54,581 nucleotides of DNA from a virus. Taxonomy: Duplodnaviria > Caudoviricetes. The position numbers and the translations under genes are program-made. Of the stretch, positions 8,484 to 15,552 are shown in pieces. The number at the start of each line of letters is the position of its first letter. The stretch's first letter is position 1. The stretch lies in IMG/VR virus record IMGVR_UViG_3300023093_000003, positions 1 to 54,581 of that record; one strand, given 5' to 3'. Under the pieces are notes generated by a model. That model was not told the origin of the DNA. It saw nothing but the letters and a program-made list of their open reading frames with translations, and made no database searches.

Positions 8484-8857
8484 CCCCCGCCACAGACCCC
8501 CAGCCGGAAGTGCAGCAGGTGTTGTCAGTGGTGCAGAGCGACATCGAAATAGCGACCGACATCCTGAGCGGCATTCGCGGCTACAGGGTCAAGATCTACG
8601 CGAGCCACGCGATCTGCCAGCTTATCGCCGCATGCCGCATAAACTCGCATGAAGCCGGCCGGGTTGAAGGCGTGCGGGAGGGGGTCGACTATGCGGCCGA
8701 GAAGATGTGCGATGCTATCGCAAGCGGCTACCCGACACCCACCGATAAGCACGATCAGTGCCAACACGGTCAGTTCGGCTGGGAAGACTGCATCGCCTGC
8801 TACGATGAGGCATTGCTTGCCGCCATCCGCGCCCTCTCAAAGGAACCCACCAAGTGA
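8480..8857 (+). CDS. Hypothetical protein
   Basis: ATGA-coupled; CQHG...CIAC; ends EPTK. Confidence 0.65.
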   Translation: MTPATDPQPEVQQVLSVVQSDIEIATDILSGIRGYRVKIYASHAICQLIAACRINSHEAGRVEGVREGVDYAAEKMCDAIASGYPTPTDKHDQCQHGQFGWEDCIACYDEALLAAIRALSKEPTK

Positions 8858-8860
8858 GCG
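8842..8860 (+). repeat. Gene-junction repeat GGAACCCACCAAGTGAGCG
   Basis: Exact 19-bp copy at 9081-9099; CCAAGTGAGCGGGGA is shared by 9089-9103 and 9304-9318. Confidence 0.9.
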
Positions 8861-9096
8861 CCGCGTCTTCCGCTTGCCCGATCTGCGGCAAGGATAGTCC
8901 GCACCAACACAGCGCGTCCGAGGTCAAGCAATGGCGTGATACCGAGTTGTGGGTCGAACGTAGCTGGCAGCAGTTTCAAGAGATGAACGCCGCTGCCCTT
9001 GCTGGCGACTTCAAACCGCCGCTCGACTGCGGCTGCGACAATGATCCGCATTGCCCATTCTGCGGGCACCCTGACTTACGGGAACCCACCAAGTGA
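8854..9096 (+). CDS. Small Cys-rich protein
   Basis: CPICG and CPFCG; GTGA overlaps; ends EPTK. Confidence 0.65.
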   Translation: MSAASSACPICGKDSPHQHSASEVKQWRDTELWVERSWQQFQEMNAAALAGDFKPPLDCGCDNDPHCPFCGHPDLREPTK

Positions 9097-9311
9097 GCGG
9101 GGAGCCAATCGACATCACCACGCCAGCAACATGGGGCAGGCACTGGGCGGGTAGATTGCTTGGTACGCGGGCGATCTTCATTGTCGCCTTCTCACCAACA
9201 GCGCTCCTGCTCGGCATCGAGCTTATTCGAACTGGTGCAACAGGCGTAGGTGTCTGCCTTGGCCCGCTCTGGTTCGGGTTCGCTGTCGCACAGAAAGGCA
9301 CACCCAAGTGA
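9093..9311 (+). CDS. Small membrane protein
   Basis: Two hydrophobic stretches; GTGA overlaps. Confidence 0.55.
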   Translation: MSGEPIDITTPATWGRHWAGRLLGTRAIFIVAFSPTALLLGIELIRTGATGVGVCLGPLWFGFAVAQKGTPK

Positions 9312-9547
9312 GCGGGGATATCGCGGCCATCGCGGCTGGGTTGAGTGAGGCTCAGCAACGGGCTGTGATCGGCATGCGCGGAGAGGCGCGCTCGGTCAGC
9401 AATGCTTTTATCGCTCTGGCTGGGAAGGGATTGGCGCGCTGGTGTCGATCACAAAATCACACTGGCGGCGTGGCAAATTACTACGCCCTCACCCCGCTCG
9501 GCCTCGCCGTCAGAGCCTATCTAGAAGGACACAGCAATCATGAGTGA
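9308..9547 (+). CDS. Winged-helix-like small protein
   Basis: LSEAQQRA...AL..KGL...LTPLGLAVRAYL pattern. Confidence 0.6.
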   Translation: MSGDIAAIAAGLSEAQQRAVIGMRGEARSVSNAFIALAGKGLARWCRSQNHTGGVANYYALTPLGLAVRAYLEGHSNHE

Positions 9548-9680
9548 GAAAGAGCCGCGCGGCGAACTGGCGCGCTATGCCTTCGGATATTCCGACAAGA
9601 AGCCGGGCCTGTCGTGGTGGCTGATCCATGCCGGCATGGTCGCCTACGTCATCTACAATTTTGTGAGGATCGCACCATGA
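9540..9680 (+). CDS. 46-aa membrane peptide (not in ORF track)
   Basis: MSEKEPRG...WWLIHAGMVAYVIYNFVRIAP*; fills the gap and overlaps both neighbours. Confidence 0.55.
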   Translation: MSEKEPRGELARYAFGYSDKKPGLSWWLIHAGMVAYVIYNFVRIAP

Positions 9681-10543
9681 CTGATACCCCCACCCTAGCG
9701 GCGCCGTCCAGCGACCTGTTTGATGCAGCAGCATTTGGTCGAGCGGTAGAGGCAAAGCTCAAGAATGATCGCATGAGCTATCGGGATGCCGCGCCATCTG
9801 TGCCGTGCAGCCCAGCAACGCTCAATCGTGTTGCCCGTGGCTTCCCGCCCGATGCCGAGAATTACTTGCGCATCACGCGCTGGCTGACCGGCGCTCCCAC
9901 CCCCGCACCCGCCCCCACCCTCGCGGCGCAGATTGAGGCGCTGGCACCCTGTCCGAAATGCACTGGCGTAGCGGAATTGCGCGTGTCGACCGATGGTGAA
10001 GCAGAGTGGGCGCGATGCACATCATGCGGCCACGAAGGACCGGTGCGCATGAGTTCCGCGGCTGCCATCGCCGCATGGAACACGCGCCCAGCCATCGTAA
10101 CCGCGCTCAGGCAGGGAGAAGGGCAGGCCCCACGCGACAAAGCCATCGCAGCAATGCGCGATTACGTCACCAGCGCGGGCGTTCCCGTAACCGAGTTCGA
10201 TCCCGAGTTCGTCGTCCGCATGATGGGCGCGATGATGGTCAGCTTCCATAAGTATGGGCGCGTGGCCGATGCCTACCCGCTCAAGATGGATGCAGCCGGC
10301 GACGTGCGCGCTCGCATGGCGAAGTACCGGCAGACCGGCAACAAGCACTACCTCGTGGACGCGGCAAACTTCGCGATGATCGAAGCGATGCATCCCGGTC
10401 GTGAGGCCGAATGGGGCGGCAACAGCGCGGGCGACAGTCCCGGCCGCACCACCGCCAGCGGGCATCGGCTGGTGCAAGAGGACAACGCAGGCAATCGGAT
10501 CATGGGCGAGACGATCCTGCATATTCCGGGGGATGAGGCATGA
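9677..10543 (+). CDS. Multidomain protein: HTH + Lar-like zinc finger + MazG-like helical domain
   Basis: MSYRDAA...SPATLNRVARG (HTH); CPKC...CTSCG...AIAAWNTR (Lar); KYG...LVDAANFAMIE (MazG-like). Confidence 0.6.
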   Translation: MTDTPTLAAPSSDLFDAAAFGRAVEAKLKNDRMSYRDAAPSVPCSPATLNRVARGFPPDAENYLRITRWLTGAPTPAPAPTLAAQIEALAPCPKCTGVAELRVSTDGEAEWARCTSCGHEGPVRMSSAAAIAAWNTRPAIVTALRQGEGQAPRDKAIAAMRDYVTSAGVPVTEFDPEFVVRMMGAMMVSFHKYGRVADAYPLKMDAAGDVRARMAKYRQTGNKHYLVDAANFAMIEAMHPGREAEWGGNSAGDSPGRTTASGHRLVQEDNAGNRIMGETILHIPGDEA

Positions 10544-11055
10544 ACGATTTAGACTATTGCACCTGCCGAAATGCTCCTCGCGAGTTTGACGGGAGCGAAC
10601 CGGGAGCGTGTGAATATTGCGAGCGTCTTGCTCATGAGGAACGATGCGGCGTAACCGCGCTCAGGCAGGCAGAGGGGGCAAGCGAAGTCTCCGACGAGAT
10701 GCAGCGCGATGCGTGGTCGGAGTTCGAGGACGATTATCTTACGGATGGCAACGACGGATGGTTGCCGGCCAAGGTCGTCAGCGCGTGCCGTAAAGCGTTC
10801 TACACAGCATGGCCGAAAGGTCGCAGCGAGGCGTTTGCCGCTGCGCTCGCTTGTATCCCCAATCCGCAGGCAGAGGCCGCGCCGGGGGTGGTGGAGGCGG
10901 CAATCAAAGGACCGTTGCGGTTCGTTGATGAGGGGCATCCTTTGGGGCTGGTTTGCTATGACAGGGACGGGAAAGCTGTATCGCTCCACCCGGCAATCAT
11001 GGGCGCGGTGTTCCAAGCCCTCGCCCGCCAGCATGGGGCGCGGGAACATGAGTAA
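10540..11055 (+). CDS. Modular hypothetical protein
   Basis: Shares the VTALRQxEG linker (19-bp DNA identity) with the upstream gene. Confidence 0.6.
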   Translation: MNDLDYCTCRNAPREFDGSEPGACEYCERLAHEERCGVTALRQAEGASEVSDEMQRDAWSEFEDDYLTDGNDGWLPAKVVSACRKAFYTAWPKGRSEAFAAALACIPNPQAEAAPGVVEAAIKGPLRFVDEGHPLGLVCYDRDGKAVSLHPAIMGAVFQALARQHGAREHE

Positions 11056-11499
11056 GTCCGTCTGGGCCGGCATGATGGACCGATGCTACAACCCTAAGAG
11101 CCAGAGATATCATCGCTATGGCGGTCGCGGCATAACGGTTTGCGAACGATGGAAGGATTGCGAAACTTCCTCGCGGACATGGGCGAAAAGCCTGAAGGGC
11201 TGTCACTCAACCGTATTGATAACGACGGCAACTATACGCCAGAAAATTGTGAATGGGCCGATTACACGGTGCAGGCGCAGAACCGAAACAACAACAATAA
11301 TCTGACCTTGGGAGGCAAAACCTTGTGCCTTGAAAAGTGGGCAAGGGAGATTGGCATAGCGCCCAGCACAATCAGAAAACGATTGAAACTAGGGTGGAGT
11401 GTGAGGCGAGTGCTAAAAGAGGCGCCTTGTAATGGTCGGAACCAGTACATGTGGAAGCTCCCCGCCGCCCCGGCAACCGATGAAGGGGAGGCGAAGTGA
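11048..11499 (+). pseudogene. HNH-type homing endonuclease, frameshifted near 11163
   Basis: W..M..RC.NP...YGGRGITVCERW in one frame; NFLADMG.KP...RIDNDGNY.PENC.WA in the next frame; lower GC than flanks. Confidence 0.8.
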
Positions 11500-11744
11500 G
11501 CATTGATGATGTCCGTGAGCTTTTGCTTGCCGAGGCTCGTAAATGCGAACCGCAACCGTGGAGGTCCACCGGGATTGCCAAATGGTGCACGAAGCATGGT
11601 GTTAATCGCGGGCACGTCAGCGAGTTCATGAACGGCAAACGCGCCCCGACAAGCGATGTTCTTGAAGCGCTTGGTCTTGAATGGCGCATTGAGAGCAAGG
11701 GTAATGGCTTTCCGGCCACCCGCATTGAAAGTGAGCCGCAATGA
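11496..11744 (+). CDS. Cro/XRE-like HTH protein
   Basis: WC.KHGVNRGHVSEFMNGKRAP...LEALGL. Confidence 0.65.
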   Translation: MSIDDVRELLLAEARKCEPQPWRSTGIAKWCTKHGVNRGHVSEFMNGKRAPTSDVLEALGLEWRIESKGNGFPATRIESEPQ

Positions 11745-12082
11745 CCACCACGGAACACGACGCAGCGGTAGAGGCGGTTGCTCGGGCGATCCAGCAGGCG
11801 CACTACCATGTCGGACGCGCTATTGCGCCACCTTGGCCTGACGATCGCTTCGAGCAGGAAAGATGGCGCGGGATGGCACGCGCCGCCCTCTCAGCAACCC
11901 CAGCAGTGCGGGATGACAGCGGGGAAGTGGCGCGGTTGCGTGAGGAACTGGCATGGTACGGCGAACAGGCGCGGCTTGCCCGGCTGATCCACTCGGAAGG
12001 CGATGCCGGGCGTAATGAATTGGCGGCAGACGGGGGTAAGCGCGCCCGAGCCGCCCTAGAACCTCGGAAGGGAGGGGAGTGA
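11741..12082 (+). CDS. Hypothetical protein
   Basis: VEAVARAI...ARAAL modules; coupled. Confidence 0.65.
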   Translation: MTTTEHDAAVEAVARAIQQAHYHVGRAIAPPWPDDRFEQERWRGMARAALSATPAVRDDSGEVARLREELAWYGEQARLARLIHSEGDAGRNELAADGGKRARAALEPRKGGE

Positions 12083-12264
12083 TGCCGATCAATCATGAAT
12101 CGTGGTCGTGCAAGGACTGCCATAAGCGGTATTCATTCTACGACGAGGCGCGGCAATGTGAGATAGACCACATCACCGCAGCATCTGTCGCTCGCGTTTC
12201 TCAGGCGATCCGTGACAGCTTCGAACAGTCACGCACGATGAAGGCCAAGCTACGTCGTGACTAA
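12079..12264 (+). CDS. Small protein with CxxC
   Basis: CKDC...CE..H; GTGA overlap. Confidence 0.55.
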   Translation: MMPINHESWSCKDCHKRYSFYDEARQCEIDHITAASVARVSQAIRDSFEQSRTMKAKLRRD

Positions 12265-12386
12265 CCCCGAAACCCTGCTGGCGTTGGCGGGGGTAGAGCG
12301 ATAGGATTGCTATGGGCGGCACCTGCCCTCTGGAAGCGGGAGCCGGTACGGGTTCACCTCGTGACGTAGCTTGTTAGGATTGAGTT

Positions 12387-12578
12387 ATGTGGGTAAATGT
12401 AACACCGGCAGATTTCTTTCAACTGCAAGAACTCGCAACAGATTTTGTAGACACAGAATATATGGTAAGAGATACCAAACGTATTCTAGAATACTGCGCA
12501 AAGGAATACGGCGGTGAATATAGTTACCATAAACATATTCGCGGGGAAAGTGTTGAAATCAAAGTGGTATATAAATGA
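12387..12578 (+). CDS. AT-rich orphan ORF
   Basis: About 37% GC by hand count (72/192) in a GC-rich genome; 63 aa. Confidence 0.55.
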   Translation: MWVNVTPADFFQLQELATDFVDTEYMVRDTKRILEYCAKEYGGEYSYHKHIRGESVEIKVVYK

Positions 12579-12581
12579 TAA

Positions 12582-12887
12582 TCAGTAAGTAGCCGCACAA
12601 TACCCCGCCGGTACCGCGAGCTTCATATCAACCGCCCACTGGCACACGCGGCGGTTCTGTGCCCAGCCGGTGCGGCCCCAGGTCAGAACCTTGTCGTGCC
12701 ATGCTGCCTCGGCTCGCGCGCCAGCCTCGCCCGGTTCAAGCGCCTCGATCGGATAGGCCGGCTCCGGGATCTGCCGAAGGTCAGCGACAGGCGGCAATGC
12801 GGGACGTATCTCGACCCTGCTGGCTGAGCACGACACAACCGCGAGCGCGCCGAGCATCATCAACGCCTGAGGTGTTTTCCACAGCAT
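12582..12887 (-). CDS. Rz1-like outer-membrane spanin lipoprotein
   Basis: Signal peptide with lipobox-like VVSC; Pro-rich; overlaps the Rz-like gene in another frame (start could be about 12860). Confidence 0.7.
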   Translation of the reverse strand: MLWKTPQALMMLGALAVVSCSASRVEIRPALPPVADLRQIPEPAYPIEALEPGEAGARAEAAWHDKVLTWGRTGWAQNRRVCQWAVDMKLAVPAGYCAATY

Positions 12888-13140
12888 CTTCGATTTCCCT
12901 TTGCTGGTTGGCGATCTTCACGGTGTCACCGACCCGTGCATCCGCCGCGTTGCCATCGGCCGCGATCACCTGCGCCTGCACCTTGATCGTGCCGTCCTGC
13001 GACTTGATCGTCTCGCCAGCACCGCCTGCGCAGTAGGAGAGCGTGCAGAGCGCGATGACAGCGAGGATGATCGCGGCGTAGATCAGGAGCGAGCGGTTGG
13101 CCTCCAAGAAATCAGAGACCGGATTGGGGATGAGGCTCAT
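12781..13140 (-). CDS. Rz-like inner-membrane spanin
   Basis: N-terminal TM helix followed by a helical periplasmic part; lies after endolysin/holin. Confidence 0.65.
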   Translation of the reverse strand: MSLIPNPVSDFLEANRSLLIYAAIILAVIALCTLSYCAGGAGETIKSQDGTIKVQAQVIAADGNAADARVGDTVKIANQQREIEDAVENTSGVDDARRARGCVVLSQQGRDTSRIAACR

Positions 13141-13415
13141 TGCTTCACCACCGCGACCGCATCCGGCACGCGCCTGTCGTTCGCGATCACCGAAAGCTGC
13201 TTGGCCCGCTCGCGCGTCTTGATCTGCCCGGCCACGATCGGCCATAGGATGCCGCCAGCGACGCCCAGAACGACGGCGAGGTCATCCGGCACCCAATGGC
13301 GCCCGAGCGCGAATGCCATCACTGGCGGGGCGATCTGGCGCACTGCCGCCCATAGCTGATCGGGCAGCGGGGAATCGTTGACCTGGATGGGCTGGGTTTC
13401 GGTTTCATCGGTCAT
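13137..13415 (-). CDS. Putative holin
   Basis: Two hydrophobic segments and a charged C-terminus; AAGGA RBS; follows the endolysin. Confidence 0.65.
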   Translation of the reverse strand: MTDETETQPIQVNDSPLPDQLWAAVRQIAPPVMAFALGRHWVPDDLAVVLGVAGGILWPIVAGQIKTRERAKQLSVIANDRRVPDAVAVVKQ

Positions 13416-13426
13416 ATCGTTTCCTT

Positions 13427-14062
13427 TCAAATCAGAATGAGACGCGCCCGCGCCGTCGCGACCTGCCGCTCGGCCAGCCCGTTCGGCATCTTGGTCGAGC
13501 GCGGATTGCCGCGGTTGATCGCGCGGCTCATCGTCAGCACGTCGTCAGCGTCAGCCCATTGCGCGAGCTTGTTGACGCCCCAATAATCGCAGGCGCTCAG
13601 CACCGCGTTGTGCGGCTCCTCGATCAGCTCGGGGTGCGCGACGACATCGACGCCGATCCGGGTGGCGAGGTCTTCGTAATTCCCACGCCCCGTCGTCTGA
13701 AAAATGCCTCGGCCGCGATACCGGAAGCCATCGCCCGGTTGCGTGTTGCCGAGGTCGCGCCGGCCCTCGTAGCCCTTCTGCGCCGGGGTGGGGTCCCAAA
13801 GCTCGCGCAGGGTCTGAAAACCCTGCGTCTCGTGCGCGCCTTGCCCCAACCAGTGCGCCAGACGCAGCGGCGTGGTGATGCCGGCAGGTCCGAGGTACTG
13901 CGCCATGCCCTCGCCGAGCGCGATGCCTTTGTCGCCGAGCTTGCGCTGTCCGACCCATTCGAGCAGCGCCGCATAGGTCTTCGGCCCAATCGAGCCATCG
14001 ACCTTCAGCCCCGCGCCGCGTGCGTTGAGGCGGCTCTGTATCTGGATGCCGTTGAGGGTCAT
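13427..14062 (-). CDS. Endolysin, glycoside hydrolase family 19
   Basis: AHWLGQGAHET, YRGRGIFQTTGRGNY and INRG motifs; N-terminal VDG.IGP.T peptidoglycan-binding-like segment. Confidence 0.9.
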   Translation of the reverse strand: MTLNGIQIQSRLNARGAGLKVDGSIGPKTYAALLEWVGQRKLGDKGIALGEGMAQYLGPAGITTPLRLAHWLGQGAHETQGFQTLRELWDPTPAQKGYEGRRDLGNTQPGDGFRYRGRGIFQTTGRGNYEDLATRIGVDVVAHPELIEEPHNAVLSACDYWGVNKLAQWADADDVLTMSRAINRGNPRSTKMPNGLAERQVATARARLILI

Positions 14063-14472
14063 GGATTCGCTCCTGGTCGAATGGCATCCGCCGGCGTCCT
14101 CACCTCACGCGGCGCCGGATAGGACACGTTGAGAAGCTCCTGCGCCTGCCGCAGAATGATGTTGCTCGGATCGAGTTTCAGAAGCTCGCTAGCGATCAGC
14201 CGGTACGCGGCGAGCGCGGAAATCAGCTTCATTTCGGCTTGATGGGCAGTTTGCGTTGCCGCTTCCACCTTGCCTTCCAAGGCGGTTACGCGTTCACGCA
14301 TATCGTCTACATCATCTCGTTTTTCAGATCGGAGTTGCTCGCGTGCCTTGATCGCCTGCGCAGACATTTGCGGCCACGCCTTGATGACGGCGAGAATGAC
14401 GGTGGCGAGGAGCGCCCACCCCCAAGGGGCGCGCTGTAGGCTCCCTGTCAGGACTGCGGCGATGGTATCCAT
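14059..14472 (-). CDS. Membrane-anchored coiled-coil protein (lysis cassette)
   Basis: One TM helix then coiled coil; coupled to the endolysin. Confidence 0.6.
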   Translation of the reverse strand: MDTIAAVLTGSLQRAPWGWALLATVILAVIKAWPQMSAQAIKAREQLRSEKRDDVDDMRERVTALEGKVEAATQTAHQAEMKLISALAAYRLIASELLKLDPSNIILRQAQELLNVSYPAPREVRTPADAIRPGANP

Positions 14473-14479
14473 GCCGGTC

Positions 14480-14764
14480 TCAGAGCCTGCTGCCACGGCC
14501 ATAGCTCCACGCTGCTTTGATGGTCAGGACGGCCACTGTTGCGCTGAGCAGGTACAGCACGACATAAGCCTGGTTGCTGGAGGCGGCGACCAGCCAGCGC
14601 GCCGAGAAACCGATCGCCATGAGCGCGTAAGCGAAGAACACCAGCCGATAGGGATCACCTGCACGCGCTTGGCCGCGCACGATGCTCCACACAGCCGGCG
14701 CCATCATGATGAGGACGGCCGACCATGCGATGAGGTTGAGGACGCGGAGGGCGGTCAACATCAA
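14480..14764 (-). CDS. Three-TM membrane protein (holin candidate)
   Basis: Three hydrophobic helices in 94 aa, upstream of the lysis genes. Confidence 0.6.
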   Translation of the reverse strand: MMLTALRVLNLIAWSAVLIMMAPAVWSIVRGQARAGDPYRLVFFAYALMAIGFSARWLVAASSNQAYVVLYLLSATVAVLTIKAAWSYGRGSRL

Positions 14765-15552
14765 AGCGACAGGCTGTAATATTCGCCGAGATACCCCGCG
14801 ATGAGCGCTCTCAGGTCAGCATTGGCGGTCGCAAGAATATCGACGTTGCCGATGATTACCTGCGCAACATCGCCTCCCCAATATAGCGCGGGTACTGACG
14901 CCCGCTTCCCGATAAAGGCTGCTGACCCAGCCGCTACCGCACCGCCAGAACCGGCCACCGAGGATACAGCGCCGCTCGAACCGGACGCGCCCTTAACGTT
15001 GACTCCGTCCCAGCTGCCGAAAATCAGTTTCGGCGTCGCATCCGGCGAAGCGTTCCCAGGATTGACGTTTACGCCATTGGTGTTTCGAAAAACCTGAAAG
15101 ACGCTGCCAGATGCGGGTGCCGCGATAAGAACCTGGTTTGTTACGCCAGTCCAAAACAGGGCGTCCCCGTTTGCGGCGTCTACGCTCGCTCGCCGCGCTA
15201 GAACGGCGACGAACCACGCCGAACCGGAAAGGTCGATCGCTGGCAACGAGATGCTTCGATCCGCCCCGGCGGTAAACTGCACGGCCTTACGAGCGCCATA
15301 GGCAGCGAGTGATGCCATAACTGGCCTCGTCGCGTCGGTCGCCAGCGCCGATCCGTTGCCGGCTACCTTGCGGTCGATCATTGTGGCGATTTTGGTCGCG
15401 TCCGTACCCGATACGGTGACATCCCCATCGCGAGCAGCGAACCAACGGGTGATGCGGCTATCGGCGAGCAATTGCGACTTTTTGCTGACGACGGGCGTGA
15501 AGTCGGGGTCGTTCGAAGTCACGCCCACGATCGCGATTTGCGGAATAGCCAT
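14761..15552 (-). CDS. Tail-spike-associated protein, ConA/LamG-like beta-sandwich
   Basis: Beta-rich; WDG, IG and GDVAQVII...YL...Y C-terminus typical of LamG-like virion proteins. Confidence 0.55.
   Translation of the reverse strand: MAIPQIAIVGVTSNDPDFTPVVSKKSQLLADSRITRWFAARDGDVTVSGTDATKIATMIDRKVAGNGSALATDATRPVMASLAAYGARKAVQFTAGADRSISLPAIDLSGSAWFVAVLARRASVDAANGDALFWTGVTNQVLIAAPASGSVFQVFRNTNGVNVNPGNASPDATPKLIFGSWDGVNVKGASGSSGAVSSVAGSGGAVAAGSAAFIGKRASVPALYWGGDVAQVIIGNVDILATANADLRALIAGYLGEYYSLSL

Noticed and set aside
8842-9318. CRISPR array or integron attC array
   Set aside because: The intervals are whole genes of 220-240 bp, the repeats are non-palindromic coding junctions, and no cas or integron integrase gene is present.
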